A stretch of DNA of 64,000 bases from an uncultured Syntrophomonadaceae bacterium (GCA_964467475.1 CAYXQO010000008.1:490-64489); one strand, 5' to 3'; shown: positions 1 through 10,574, counted from the first letter of the stretch. Made by a program: numbers and translations. Notes: a model not told the origin generated them from the letters alone.

Positions 1-2
1 AT

Positions 3-323
3 AGTGTGCACCGGCTCTTTGCCCGCGAGGTGCCCGCTGATTCTGATGGGCGCAAAAGGGGCCCGGACGGGATTGCGTTGCAGCTTGAAGAGCGGTTGAA
101 TGAATTTATCGGCCCAGGGGGAATAGTGCAGAGCAGGGAAGCTGCCCTACAGCGCGACATGCAGCAGGCAGCTGAACGAATTGAAATGCTCGAAGACCGC
201 ATGGAAATGCGCGAAAATCGCTTAGTCCGGCAGTTTACCTTTATGGAACAGTACATCGCCCGGATGCAGGAACAAACCGGGTTGATAGGCAGCCTTGAGG
301 CCGGGCAGCAGCAGGCAGAATAA
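3..323 (+). CDS. fliD: Flagellar filament cap protein, C-terminal part (5' end outside window)
   Basis: Coiled-coil C-terminus ...RLEMRENRLVRQFTFMEQYIARMQ is typical of FliD_C; directly upstream of fliS; frame open from window start. Confidence 0.85.
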   Translation, partial: SVHRLFAREVPADSDGRKRGPDGIALQLEERLNEFIGPGGIVQSREAALQRDMQQAAERIEMLEDRMEMRENRLVRQFTFMEQYIARMQEQTGLIGSLEAGQQQAE

Positions 324-356
324 AATAAAGAAATTAATGATTGGAGTGACTAACTG

Positions 357-782
357 ATGAGCGCAATGGGAGACCCTTATAAAAACTACCGCCGCACGCA
401 GGTGGAGACTGCCGATCAGGCCACACTTTTACTGATGCTTTACAGCGGGGCCTTGAAATTTTTACGGATGGGTCGCAAAGCGATAGAGGATAATAACATT
501 GAAGAAACCAACCGGCAGTTAGGACGGGCCCAGGATATCCTGTGCGAATTGATGGGGTCATTAAACCCCGATACGCCCGAACTTTCAGGGAGACTTTTTC
601 AGCTTTATGAATACATGCACTACCAGTTAGTGCAGGCCAATGTTAAAAAAGATGTGGCCATCATCGGAGAAGTGGAAGGGATGCTTAATTCGCTCCTGGA
701 AGCCTGGCAGGCTGTAGTTAACGAGCAGAAGGCTGCCAACCAAACGGGTGAGGAGAAAACTACCACCGACTTTAAGGGTTAA
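357..782 (+). CDS. fliS: Flagellar export chaperone FliS
   Basis: YRRTQVETA...LLLMLYSGAL...AQDILCELMGSLN...LYEYM motifs. Confidence 0.95.
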   Translation: MSAMGDPYKNYRRTQVETADQATLLLMLYSGALKFLRMGRKAIEDNNIEETNRQLGRAQDILCELMGSLNPDTPELSGRLFQLYEYMHYQLVQANVKKDVAIIGEVEGMLNSLLEAWQAVVNEQKAANQTGEEKTTTDFKG

Positions 783-980
783 GTTTGCCGGCAAAGGGTT
801 TGTTTTTTGCCGGTTAGGGGTAAATTGCAGGTGCCGGGGAAGGAGTCCCCGGCACTGCAGCCTAAAAAAGGAACGCTGCTTCTAACATTAACTTCTTCTT
901 TAAAAAAAGCAGGAATTTTTCTACTAAAAAGAGAAACCCCGGCAGTAATGATTTAAAGGCCCCAGGGAGGTTTCGCGTCT

Positions 981-2885
981 TTGAGTAAAATACCCGTAGC
1001 GCTAAAACTGGCGATTGTTTATCTGCCCGCCGGGCTTGCTATTTTTTTTCTAAGCGCTTACGAATGGTGGATTAATCTTTTAGCTGCTGTTTTAGCCCTG
1101 GTGATAGCAGTAGTGCTCTGGGCTTTATTGCCGGAAGGAAAGGATCAGGGGCAGAGGATTGCTGCTGTTAAAGGCGGCCGCAAGAATGACGAATTCCATA
1201 ATCTTTTGGCAAGTACCTCCGGCACCGGCAATACCATGGTATTTTCAGCGCGCAAAATCAAGGCCAGTACCCAGGCGATCAGGGAATCGCTTGCTGAAAT
1301 GGCGCAGGCCTTAGAAAGGGTCGCCGAAGGCAATACGAAGGTAGCAAGTTCTGTCGAAGAAGTTAACCGGCAACTTAAAACAATCGAAGATCAGATGTCA
1401 GCGGCAGTGGAAGCAGGCGAAAGGTTGAAAGAGGAGGCGGAGCAAACCGGTGCGGCGGTGGAAAAGGGACGCGGCGCTCTGGCTAATTCTTTAGAAAGTA
1501 TTGCTGAAAATGAAGCGGTAATTTTGGAGGCCGGGGAAGCTGCCGAAGAACTGGCTACTTTTTCTAAGAATATTTACAAAGTGGTTGATACGATTAAGGG
1601 GTTTGCCAAGCAGACCAACCTGCTGGCTTTAAATGCCAGTATCGAAGCCAGCAGAGCAGGGGAAGCAGGACGCGGCTTTGGAGTGGTGGCTGACGAGGTA
1701 GGCAAGCTGGCCGGTAATTCATCGCAGGCAGCCGAAGAAATCGGTCGCTTGATCAACGAAGCAGATGTCCTGATGAAAAGGGTCAAGCAAAACACCGATC
1801 ATACCAGGGAGTCCTTAGAACAGCAGAAAGAATATACCAACGCGCTGCGTGCTTCCTTTGAAGAGATCGACAACTACACTCAAACGACCAACCAGAGGAT
1901 AGTTGACATAAAAGGGGCTAACGAGGCCTTGTATGATGCGGTGGTGGGAATTAAGAGCGCAGCCGAGGAAATGTCTGCAGTGACCCGGCAGTCGGCAGCT
2001 TCCTCGCAGGAAATCAATGCCACTGCAACTAAGCAACAGGAGGCTGCCGGTGAAATCAGCGATGCCACTGCCAGTTTGACCCGCTTAATTGAAAACTTCA
2101 AAGATGAAACTGATAAGTACGATATCCCCAAGGTTGGCTATATTAACTGGACCAGTGAAATAGCCAGCGCTTACCTGTTTAAAAACTGGTACAGGAGAGA
2201 TACCGGCCGTGATGTTATCTTAGTCGAAATCGAAGGAGATGCCTTAAGTGAAATGTACGGTGCTTTAGCTTCAGGTGAGTTTGATTCCACGGTTTCCTGC
2301 TGGACTCCGGGGATGCATGAGCAGCACGTAGAAGCGCACCGGGACAGCCTCGAGGTGCTCGGCACTAACCTGGCCGGGGCAAAGATCGGGCTGGTTGTCC
2401 CCGACTATGTGAGCATCAACAGTATCGAAGAGCTTAACTCCGGGGCCGAATATTTTGGGAACACCATCTATGCCATCGAAAAAGAAGCGGGCGTGACCAG
2501 GTTGGCTGAACAGGCGGTCAAAGATTACGGCCTGGACTTTAACTTTTCTTATGGCAACAACCAGAGTGTGGTCGAGGCTATCGAAAAAGCGATGAAAGAA
2601 AAAAAATGGGTCCTCATTACCGGCTGGGTCCCGGAGGCGATGTTCGATCGGTTCCCGCTTAAATTTTTAGATGACCCCAGGCAGTCTTTCGGCGGTGAGA
2701 AACATATTAAGACGGTTACCCGGCCGGGGCTCAAAAATGATCACCCGAAACTTTACCGGGCCCTGCAGCGTTTCAGGTGGAGCGTTGAAGATGCCAACGC
2801 TTTTCTTGCCTTGATCAACAAGGGAGAGAGCCCCGATAAAGCGGCAGAAAAGATGCTTGAGAACATTGATCACCCCCTGGTTTAA
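981..2885 (+). CDS. Methyl-accepting chemotaxis protein with C-terminal OpuAC/ProX-type (glycine betaine) binding domain
   Basis: Two N-terminal hydrophobic helices; MCP hairpin [34 protein letters not shown]; C-terminal GYINWTSE...CWTPGMH...[11 protein letters not shown]...GWVP...KFLDDP motifs of OpuAC-family proteins. Confidence 0.9.
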   Translation: MSKIPVALKLAIVYLPAGLAIFFLSAYEWWINLLAAVLALVIAVVLWALLPEGKDQGQRIAAVKGGRKNDEFHNLLASTSGTGNTMVFSARKIKASTQAIRESLAEMAQALERVAEGNTKVASSVEEVNRQLKTIEDQMSAAVEAGERLKEEAEQTGAAVEKGRGALANSLESIAENEAVILEAGEAAEELATFSKNIYKVVDTIKGFAKQTNLLALNASIEASRAGEAGRGFGVVADEVGKLAGNSSQAAEEIGRLINEADVLMKRVKQNTDHTRESLEQQKEYTNALRASFEEIDNYTQTTNQRIVDIKGANEALYDAVVGIKSAAEEMSAVTRQSAASSQEINATATKQQEAAGEISDATASLTRLIENFKDETDKYDIPKVGYINWTSEIASAYLFKNWYRRDTGRDVILVEIEGDALSEMYGALASGEFDSTVSCWTPGMHEQHVEAHRDSLEVLGTNLAGAKIGLVVPDYVSINSIEELNSGAEYFGNTIYAIEKEAGVTRLAEQAVKDYGLDFNFSYGNNQSVVEAIEKAMKEKKWVLITGWVPEAMFDRFPLKFLDDPRQSFGGEKHIKTVTRPGLKNDHPKLYRALQRFRWSVEDANAFLALINKGESPDKAAEKMLENIDHPLV

Positions 2886-3145
2886 CCCCTTCTAGCTGTA
2901 ATTTTTTTGTTTAAACCTATTTTTTTTACCAGCAGCATCCCCAAATAATTAAGATATGTTTCATTCTTTGTTGAGATATGAAGGTTTTTTTGTAATTTTT
3001 TATGTATTAAAAAAGGAGATTTTATTAATTTGGCGAAACCTGTAAATGTTTACAGAAATAACACGTCACGGGGGTACTGGTTATTAGCGAGAAGCATAAA
3101 CAAACCCGTCTGCCAGCGGGAAAAAATCCCAGCATTGCTCCTCAG

Positions 3146-4933
3146 TTGGAAGTGCTCTTTATCGCCGATCACTGCCCGGATGTACTCTGGTCTTATAACC
3201 TTGACCAGAAGTGCTGGAACTACATCAGCCCCTCAATCAAGCGGTTGACCGGGTACAGTGTGAAAGAGGCCATGTCTTTGTCCTTAGAACAATTACTAAC
3301 CCCGGTTTCCTATCATTTCTTCAAGGAACAATCTGCCTTGCGCCTGGAAGTATTCTTAAATGATCAGTCGAAACCCCACATGAGCCGCGATGAAGTGGAA
3401 ATAATTTTAAAAGACGGCTCTGTTACCTGGTGTGATGTAACCTCGCAGTGTATCCGCAACGAAAAGGGGGAGTTGACCCTGACCGGGGTGACCCGCTGCA
3501 CCCGGGATCCCGGGATTGAAGAAGAAGGCCTGCGGGTGGCGCTGGCCAAGTACCGCGATATTTTTAACTCTATCGAAGAGGGTTATTATGAAACGGATTT
3601 GCGCGGGCAACTTGTCTTTTTTAACGATGCAGCCGCCCGAATTTTTGGTTATACCCGCACTGAACTTGCTTCTACCAGTTACAAAAAGCTTTTTAAAGAA
3701 CCAGGGTTTGTTTTTCAGCATTTCAACCAGGTATATTTATCAGGAGAGCCCGAAAAAGGTTTAACCCTGGAAGCGCTGCGCAAAGACGGCAGTTCCACTT
3801 ACATAGAGGTTTCTATCTCACCTGTATTTGATGATAACGGCTCGGTAACCGGTTTCCGGGGACTGGCCCGTGATGTTAACGAACGGGCTGTTTTTCAGCA
3901 GCAGCTTGAGTATTACAGTATGCACGATCAACTGACCGGGCTTTACAACCGCAACTACTTCGAAGAAGAACTGCGCAAGATGAGCAAAAGCCGCGATTAC
4001 CCGATTACCATGATATCAGCCGATGTTAACGGGTTGAAGCTGATTAACGATACCATGGGTCATGAGCACGGCGATCTTTTGTTGCGGGCAGCGGCACTGG
4101 TGCTAAAAGACTCTCTGCGCGGCTCGGATGTGTTGGCCCGGGTTGGCGGTGACGAGTTCTCGGCGATCTTGCTGCGGGCGGACGAAAAAATTGCTGAAAA
4201 GGTAATTGCCCGGATCAGGGATAATGTTAGAAAATATAACATTGAACATCCCGAAATGTACTTAAGCCTTTCTTTAGGGATGGCTACTGCGCATGGCAGC
4301 GACACAGAGATGAGCGAATTGTTCAAGCAAGCCGATGATGATATGTACCGCGATAAATTTGCTCCCGGTTCCCGGACGCGGGGTAAAATTTTAAAGAAAC
4401 TGCTTTCCGCCCTGGAAAAAAGGGACTATATTGCAGATGGCCACAGCAAAAGGTTGTCGCATTATTGTCGCAAACTTGGCCAGATGGTGGGGCTTTCTTC
4501 CCGCCAGCTGGCTAACCTGGCACTTTTGGCCCAGGTGCACGACCTGGGCAAGGTAGCGATTCCCGAACAAATCCTGTTTAAGGAAGGGCCTTTAAGTGAA
4601 AAAGAATGGCAGATCATGAAAGAACACCCCGAAAAGGGCTACCGGATTGCCCTGGCATCTAATTATTTGACCGGCGTGGCCGGGTTGATTTTAAAGCACC
4701 ACGAGCGCTGGGACGGCAGCGGTTATCCCCTGGGCTTGAAGAAGCAGGAAATACCGTTGGAATGCCGAATTATTGCCATAGCCGATACCTATGATGCAAT
4801 GACCAGCCAGCGGGCTTATAACCGCAGGAAGAATCAACAGGAGGCTTTAGATGAGCTGCGCCGCTGTGCCGGCAGCCAGTTTGACCCGGACCTGGTAGAG
4901 AAGTTCATCAACCTCCTCCAGGAGCAGCAATAG
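3146..4933 (+). CDS. PAS-PAS-GGDEF-HD-GYP c-di-GMP synthase/phosphodiesterase (start uncertain)
   Basis: Two PAS-like domains; RGSD I-site plus RVGGDEF; VHDLGK and HHERWDGSGYP. Confidence 0.92.
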   Translation: MEVLFIADHCPDVLWSYNLDQKCWNYISPSIKRLTGYSVKEAMSLSLEQLLTPVSYHFFKEQSALRLEVFLNDQSKPHMSRDEVEIILKDGSVTWCDVTSQCIRNEKGELTLTGVTRCTRDPGIEEEGLRVALAKYRDIFNSIEEGYYETDLRGQLVFFNDAAARIFGYTRTELASTSYKKLFKEPGFVFQHFNQVYLSGEPEKGLTLEALRKDGSSTYIEVSISPVFDDNGSVTGFRGLARDVNERAVFQQQLEYYSMHDQLTGLYNRNYFEEELRKMSKSRDYPITMISADVNGLKLINDTMGHEHGDLLLRAAALVLKDSLRGSDVLARVGGDEFSAILLRADEKIAEKVIARIRDNVRKYNIEHPEMYLSLSLGMATAHGSDTEMSELFKQADDDMYRDKFAPGSRTRGKILKKLLSALEKRDYIADGHSKRLSHYCRKLGQMVGLSSRQLANLALLAQVHDLGKVAIPEQILFKEGPLSEKEWQIMKEHPEKGYRIALASNYLTGVAGLILKHHERWDGSGYPLGLKKQEIPLECRIIAIADTYDAMTSQRAYNRRKNQQEALDELRRCAGSQFDPDLVEKFINLLQEQQ

Positions 4934-4968
4934 ATTTATTCAACCAGATTTGATGGGAGAGTTTAATT

Positions 4969-6870
4969 TTGACCTCCGGCGGCAACAATGAAAGGAAACA
5001 ACCAGATAAAAGAAATAGTCCTGGCTGTAGCCCGGAAGAGGAGCAAAGTGCTTGCGCAGAAGAAAAAGGTTCGTCAGCAGGTGAGGAGAACAACCCTGCA
5101 AAACGGCGAATGAAAGATCAATTGACCCTGGAGCAGCTGCAAGGTTTTTTTGAGGTGGCCCTGGATCTTTTGTGCATCGCTGATACAGACGGCAACTTTA
5201 TCAAGGTTAACCGGGCCTGGGGAGATATTCTGGGTTATCGGGCAGAAGAACTTGAAGAGAGAAAATTCCTCGAATTTGTGCACCCCGAGGACTATGATGC
5301 AACTATCGCGGTTATGTCCAAACTGGGAAAACAGGAGCTTGTCATAAATTTTACCAACCGCTACCGCGCTAAGGACGGCAGTTACCGCTATATTGAATGG
5401 CGTTCTCACCCTCACGGAAAACTAATCTATGCGGCAGCCAGGGATATCACCGAGCGTAAAACGACCGAAGATGCTTTGCGAGAAAGCGAAGCGCGCACCC
5501 GGGCGATGGTGGAAGCGATCCCTGATACGTTTTATCTTTTCAGCAAAGAAGGATGTTACCGCGATGTGCAGGTTAAAGATGACGCTTTGCTTCATCCTGC
5601 AGAGAGAGAAGCTTACCGGGCCGGGCAGTTGATTGGGCAAAACGTCGGTAGCTTGCTGCCACCGGAAATTTCCGGACTTTTGCTTGAAACAATTAACCGG
5701 GTTTTAACTGGTGGCGAACTGCAGGTGGTGGAATACAGCTTAACCGTTAACGGGAGCAAGAAACATTTCGAAGCGCGGATGGTCGCCACAAACGCAGATG
5801 AAGTGGTTTCTATCGTTCGCGATGTGACTGCGACCAGGGAAAGTGAGGCCGAACTTAAGTACTTAAGCCTGCATGATCCTTTGACCGGCCTTTATAACCG
5901 CGCCTATTTTGAAGATGAGTTGGTTCGTCTCGAGGATGGGAGGCAATACCCGGTGACGATTATTTCAGCTGATCTTGACGGATTAAAATTGATCAACGAT
6001 GTTTTGGGTCATAAAGATGGAGACAATCTTTTGCTATCCTGCGCCGGGGTGCTTAAGGAATCTTTGCGCAGCTCTGATGTGTTGGCCCGGGTGGGCGGGG
6101 ATGAGTTTGCGATAATCCTGCCCCGGACCGGCCGGGAAGAAGGGGAAAAAGTGATTGACCGGATCCGGCACCAGGTAGAGCAGTACAACCGGCTTTATTC
6201 GGCCCTGCCGCTTAGTATTTCCCTGGGGTTGGCAGTGGCTGAAAGTTCGTTGCAGCCCTTAGAAGAATTATATAGCGAGGCGGACCGGGGAATGTATAAA
6301 GATAAATTACAGCGCAGCCGTGATGCGCGCGATGAAATTGTGCGGGCCTTGTTGGCTTCGCTGTTTTTGCGTGAGGGCATGGGTGAAGCTCAAAACGAGC
6401 AGGTCCAGGAATTTTGCATTAAAATGGGACAAAAGGCAAAGCTTAGTGAAAATCAGCTGGCCGATTTGCACCTGCTTGCCCAGGTATATGATCTGGGTAA
6501 AGTCACCGTGGAAGAAGGTATCTTCTACAAAGAGGGCAAACTGACTGAAGCAGAGTGGGAAGAAATCAGGCAGCATTCAGAAAAAGGCTACCACATCGCT
6601 GCTGCTTCATCTGATTTGTCCGGGGTGGCAGACTTGATTCTCCGGCACCATGAAAACTGGGACGGTTCCGGCTATCCCCTGGGCTTGCAGGGAGAAGAGA
6701 TCCCGATTGAGTGCCGTATTTTAGCGGTAGTTGATGCTTATAATGCGATGGTTAATAAAAGAAGTTATGGTCCGGTTTTGAGCACCCTCGAGGCAATTCA
6801 AGAACTCGACCGCTGTGCTGGACGGCAGTTCGATCCCGCCATGGTTCCATTGCTTGCAGCCGTAGTTTAG
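4969..6870 (+). CDS. PAS-PAS-GGDEF-HD-GYP protein with degenerate HD motif
   Basis: PAS domains; RSSD plus RVGGDEF; VYDLGK instead of HD; HHENWDGSGYP. Confidence 0.92.
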   Translation: MTSGGNNERKQPDKRNSPGCSPEEEQSACAEEKGSSAGEENNPAKRRMKDQLTLEQLQGFFEVALDLLCIADTDGNFIKVNRAWGDILGYRAEELEERKFLEFVHPEDYDATIAVMSKLGKQELVINFTNRYRAKDGSYRYIEWRSHPHGKLIYAAARDITERKTTEDALRESEARTRAMVEAIPDTFYLFSKEGCYRDVQVKDDALLHPAEREAYRAGQLIGQNVGSLLPPEISGLLLETINRVLTGGELQVVEYSLTVNGSKKHFEARMVATNADEVVSIVRDVTATRESEAELKYLSLHDPLTGLYNRAYFEDELVRLEDGRQYPVTIISADLDGLKLINDVLGHKDGDNLLLSCAGVLKESLRSSDVLARVGGDEFAIILPRTGREEGEKVIDRIRHQVEQYNRLYSALPLSISLGLAVAESSLQPLEELYSEADRGMYKDKLQRSRDARDEIVRALLASLFLREGMGEAQNEQVQEFCIKMGQKAKLSENQLADLHLLAQVYDLGKVTVEEGIFYKEGKLTEAEWEEIRQHSEKGYHIAAASSDLSGVADLILRHHENWDGSGYPLGLQGEEIPIECRILAVVDAYNAMVNKRSYGPVLSTLEAIQELDRCAGRQFDPAMVPLLAAVV

Positions 6871-8222
6871 CTTTTATTTTTTCCGGACAAATTTACGGTG
6901 ATGTGGGCTCCGCCCGCCGGGTTGTTTTCTACGTTGATATATCCCTTGTGTTTTTCCACTATTGCCCGGGAAATTGCCAGTCCCAGGCCGCTGCCGCCGT
7001 TTTTTCCTTTGCCGGCAAAGGGGTCGAACGCTTTTTTCAGCTGCTCGGGCTTAAACCCGGGTCCATCATCTTTTACATGAATTTCCCCTTCTTTAACCGT
7101 AAGCGAAACCCTGTGTTCAGCATGCTGCAGGGCGTTGCTGAGCAGGTTTAACATCAGCCGGTGGATTTTTTCAGGGTCCCCCTCAATTACCTGTTCTTCC
7201 GGCCCAAAACTTGTTTCAAGCTCGATATTATTTTCCAGGGCCAAGCTGTGGACCGCGTGGACTGCTTCGTTTACAGCGTCTTCCAGGTTTAGCTGCTCAA
7301 AATTATAGCTTTCGTGCGGGGATTCCATTTTGGAAAGGTAGATAAATTGATCGACCAGCGCTTTCATCCTGCCTGATTCTTTGATAATAATATCTAAACT
7401 CTGATCGGCTTCTTCGGGTGAGATTACCCCGTCTTTTAAGGCTTCGGCATAACCCTGGATCGACATCAGGGGGGTTTTTAGTTCGTGTGAGCTTTTTTGG
7501 AAAAATTCTTTCTGGGCCCGGTCGTATTCGGCCAGTTGCCCGGCCATATCGTTAAAAGTGTCTGCCAGTTCTTCGAGTTCGTCGCCGGTTTTAATATCGA
7601 GCTTGCTGTCAAAATTACGCCCGGCCAGTTCAGAAGCCCTTTCTTTAAGCTGTTTTAAGGGGCCCACTGCGTAGCGAGTGGCAAAAACTCCGGCAAATAA
7701 GGATACAACGGCGCCAACTCCTCCGGCAAAAACCAAAATACCTAAAATGCTACGGTTGAGTTGAGTCAGGACATCTAGCTGGGAGTAGAGAATTAAAGAA
7801 GCCTGGTTATGGTCACCGCCCCTGATAACCGGGAACTCCACGGCAACCCGGTCTCTTTCTACCAGGCTTTCTGTTTCACTTTCGCCGTCAGCCAGCTCCA
7901 AAAATGCTTCGTTGAGCATTTCCGCGCCCGGCGGGTATGCTTCGATATCGCTGCTTTCGATAATGGTCCCGTTTTGTTCGATGAGGACGTAATCGGCGTA
8001 GGCAATCCGGTTGGCCAGGTTAAAAAAAGCGCCCCGCATCCGGCCACTGCCATGCATGTCATCGTGGATAGCCGAGGCAGACAGGGTTTCCGCTACCCGG
8101 TGCAGGCTGCGGACGGTGTCGTTGATCAGGTACTGGCGCACTGTGAAGGTAAAAGCTAAGGCTAAAACAGTAAAAGAAACCAGTAAAACGATCAAGTAAC
8201 CTGAAAAAATGCGTTTAAACAT
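6867..8222 (-). CDS. HAMP-domain sensor histidine kinase
   Basis: 2 TM segments, HAMP, H-box SHELKTPL, N-box NLLSNAL, G-boxes DDGPG and GSGLGL. Confidence 0.95.
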   Translation of the reverse strand: MFKRIFSGYLIVLLVSFTVLALAFTFTVRQYLINDTVRSLHRVAETLSASAIHDDMHGSGRMRGAFFNLANRIAYADYVLIEQNGTIIESSDIEAYPPGAEMLNEAFLELADGESETESLVERDRVAVEFPVIRGGDHNQASLILYSQLDVLTQLNRSILGILVFAGGVGAVVSLFAGVFATRYAVGPLKQLKERASELAGRNFDSKLDIKTGDELEELADTFNDMAGQLAEYDRAQKEFFQKSSHELKTPLMSIQGYAEALKDGVISPEEADQSLDIIIKESGRMKALVDQFIYLSKMESPHESYNFEQLNLEDAVNEAVHAVHSLALENNIELETSFGPEEQVIEGDPEKIHRLMLNLLSNALQHAEHRVSLTVKEGEIHVKDDGPGFKPEQLKKAFDPFAGKGKNGGSGLGLAISRAIVEKHKGYINVENNPAGGAHITVNLSGKNKS

Positions 8223-8889
8223 CGAGTTTGTAACCGTAGCCCCACACTGTGGAAAGCTGCGGCAGAGCTCCTTTCTCGCGTATTTTTTTGCGGATTCTTT
8301 TTACCGTGTCATCAACGGCCCGGTCTTCCCCTTCGTAATCAAAACCCCAAACCTTTTCCAGCAAATTTTCCCTGCTGTAAGGACAGTTGGGGGAAGCGGC
8401 CAAGGTGTTTAGCAGCTCAAATTCCTTGGCAGTCAGCGAAATCTCTTCGTTGTTGATTGTCACTACTCGCTTTTCCGGGTAGATTACCATGTTTTTCAGG
8501 GGCAATTCTTTGGCCTCGTTTTCTACCGGCTGCAGCCGCCGGAAAACAGTTTTTACGCGGACGATTAGCTCCCGCGGGCTGAACGGTTTGGCCAGGTAAT
8601 CATCACCGCCTAATTCAAGCCCGAGAACCCGGTCGAATTCTTCACCGCGGGCGGAAACAAAAATTATGGGCTGGTTGTACTTTTCCCTGATCGAGCGGCA
8701 AAGGGCGAGGCCGTCCGAACCGGGTAGCATAATGTCTAAGATAAACATATCCGGTGTGCTGCTGACCAGGGCATTTTCCAGTTCTTCAGCCGAGGAAAAG
8801 GTGCGCACGGTAAAGCTTTCTTTTTCCAGGTACTTCCTGATCAGTTCGCGGATATTTTCTTCGTCGTCAACAACCCAGATTACGGCCAT
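8215..8889 (-). CDS. OmpR/PhoB-family response regulator
   Basis: VVDDE, LDIMLPG, AKPFSP receiver motifs; winged-helix C-terminus TVWGYGYKL; overlaps the kinase start. Confidence 0.95.
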   Translation of the reverse strand: MAVIWVVDDEENIRELIRKYLEKESFTVRTFSSAEELENALVSSTPDMFILDIMLPGSDGLALCRSIREKYNQPIIFVSARGEEFDRVLGLELGGDDYLAKPFSPRELIVRVKTVFRRLQPVENEAKELPLKNMVIYPEKRVVTINNEEISLTAKEFELLNTLAASPNCPYSRENLLEKVWGFDYEGEDRAVDDTVKRIRKKIREKGALPQLSTVWGYGYKLDV

Positions 8890-8933
8890 AAAAAGAGGCT
8901 CCTTGCAGATTATTTAAACCATTATTTTTTATA

Positions 8934-8962
8934 ATTGTAGCTTTCAACTGCCATAATGGCAA
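8934..8962 (-). promoter_or_regulatory. sigmaA-type promoter of the two-component operon with a palindrome over -35
   Basis: Minus strand TTGCCA-17-TACAAT; palindrome TGCCAT-A-ATGGCA at 8949-8961. Confidence 0.55.
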
Positions 8963-9154
8963 GTAAGATACAGAAATCCACGGGGACAGGGGAAATCCCC
9001 GTGGATTAAATCTATATTAAGCCGGAGGGGCCCCTTTACCGGGGGTCACCGGGGCCGGGGACCTCCTTCGGCGTTTGCCCGAAACAGCCGGTTTAAGTTC
9101 ATGTTGTTACATTCCATGCTGTCACCGGCTGTTTCACTGCTAAGTGAGGGTTAT

Positions 9155-9568
9155 TTAATCGGCACCTTGCTGCTTGTTTTTATTAAACCCGCTTTCGCCT
9201 TTTTCAAGGCCGTGGTGGCGGTTGTGGTTTCCTCTTTCACCGAAACGGTCTGTTAATTCTTCGGGGACCACGTCTTGCAAAGCGTCACGTTTTTCTTCTT
9301 TAAATTCAGAGCGTTGTTCATGTTTTTCCCGGAACTCCTCATATTTGCCTTCATCTCTTAAGGTTTGCATTTCTTCCCTGAGCAGGGCCATTTTTTCCCG
9401 GTAATCCTCGATGATGCTTGAAAACTGCTCTTGTTCTTCTTCACTCAAGTTCTCTTTTACGCATTCTGCATGCCCCTGGGGGCCTTGTCCGTTTACGGCA
9501 TAAGCTACCGAGCCAAGGGCCAGCAAAGCTGCTACCAGTAGGACGGTGGTTACTAAAGTCTTGTGCAT
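9155..9568 (-). CDS. Small secreted helical protein (Spy/CpxP/ZraP-like by architecture)
   Basis: Signal peptide ending AYA; charged helical body; His/Gly-rich tail; upstream of a two-component system on the same strand. Confidence 0.7.
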   Translation of the reverse strand: MHKTLVTTVLLVAALLALGSVAYAVNGQGPQGHAECVKENLSEEEQEQFSSIIEDYREKMALLREEMQTLRDEGKYEEFREKHEQRSEFKEEKRDALQDVVPEELTDRFGERGNHNRHHGLEKGESGFNKNKQQGAD

Positions 9569-9729
9569 TGTTTTATATCCTCCTTTTCAGTTGCTCTTTT
9601 ATTTAACCTTGCAGTTATCAGTATAAAAGGGAAAACAGGCACAATCATGGAAAAGATATTAAGGTTTTATTAAAATTTTGTGGGAATACGGTTTGCTAAT
9701 CAGAAATTATGTCGTTATAATTAAAAGGT

Positions 9730-9751
9730 CATTGCAACCGCTCTATCGCAA
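9730..9751 (+). repeat. 22-bp fragment of the dispersed MITE-like element
   Basis: CATTGCAACCGCTCTATCGCAA is identical to 18657-18678. Confidence 0.6.
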
Positions 9752-9833
9752 AAGCACCTGCTCTGAAATGTAGCAAAGCAGAGCAGATCTATTTTTGTTC
9801 GTTTAATAAGCTTTTTATTGGAGGTAATAATAG

Positions 9834-10574
9834 TTGCACGAAATACTTAACATCACCTTGATTGGTTTGGCAGCGGGCGTAATCGGTACGGGTTCAGGCA
9901 CAATAATTGCCCTGTTTATAAATAATCCCAGTCGCTCTGTCCTGGGTTTTATCCTCGGGTTTGCCGGGGGGATTATGCTGGCGATAGTAATGACCGACTT
10001 GCTTCCGGAAGCGGTGGAGGCAGGAAATTTCTTGACCGCTTTTAGCGGTTTGCTGGTCGGCTCCTTATTTATTCTCATCCTTGATTTAAAAATGCCTCAT
10101 TTTCACTTTTTTGAATCCGGTGACGAGCTGGCCCGTTTTATTCGCACCGGGACGATTTTGGGGCTGGGGATTGCTATGCATAATCTGCCTGAAGGTATCG
10201 CCATTGGGGCCAGTTATGTCGCTTCTCCTGCGGTGGGGTTTGCCCTGGCAGTGACCATAGCTCTTCATAATATCCCTGAGGGTATTGCCATGGCCTGTCC
10301 GCTTTGTGTCGGCGGAATGCGCCGGCGCTGGATTTTAGTTTACACTGCCTTAGCCGGTTTCCCGATGGGGTTGGGTGCATTTATCGGCAGCAGCCTGGGT
10401 TCGGTATCGCCTTTCTTCTTATCTGTTTCTTTGGGGTTTGCCGCCGGGGCTATGCTCTACATAATTTTTGGGGAACTGATCCCGGGGGCGCAAAATTCGG
10501 GGCAGAGTTATGCGGGCACTTTCGGTGCGGTTTTCGGAACTATTGCCGGTATTCTCTTGCTCTCTGTAATATAA
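9834..10574 (+). CDS. zupT: ZIP-family divalent metal transporter
   Basis: Multi-TM; twin motifs HNLPEG and HNIPEG; GFAAGAMLY. Confidence 0.88.
   Translation: MHEILNITLIGLAAGVIGTGSGTIIALFINNPSRSVLGFILGFAGGIMLAIVMTDLLPEAVEAGNFLTAFSGLLVGSLFILILDLKMPHFHFFESGDELARFIRTGTILGLGIAMHNLPEGIAIGASYVASPAVGFALAVTIALHNIPEGIAMACPLCVGGMRRRWILVYTALAGFPMGLGAFIGSSLGSVSPFFLSVSLGFAAGAMLYIIFGELIPGAQNSGQSYAGTFGAVFGTIAGILLLSVI

Noticed and set aside
831-855. Terminator after fliS
   Set aside because: The perfect 10-bp stem (GTGCCGGGGA/TCCCCGGCAC) has no adjacent U-tract on the + strand, so it was not called as a terminator
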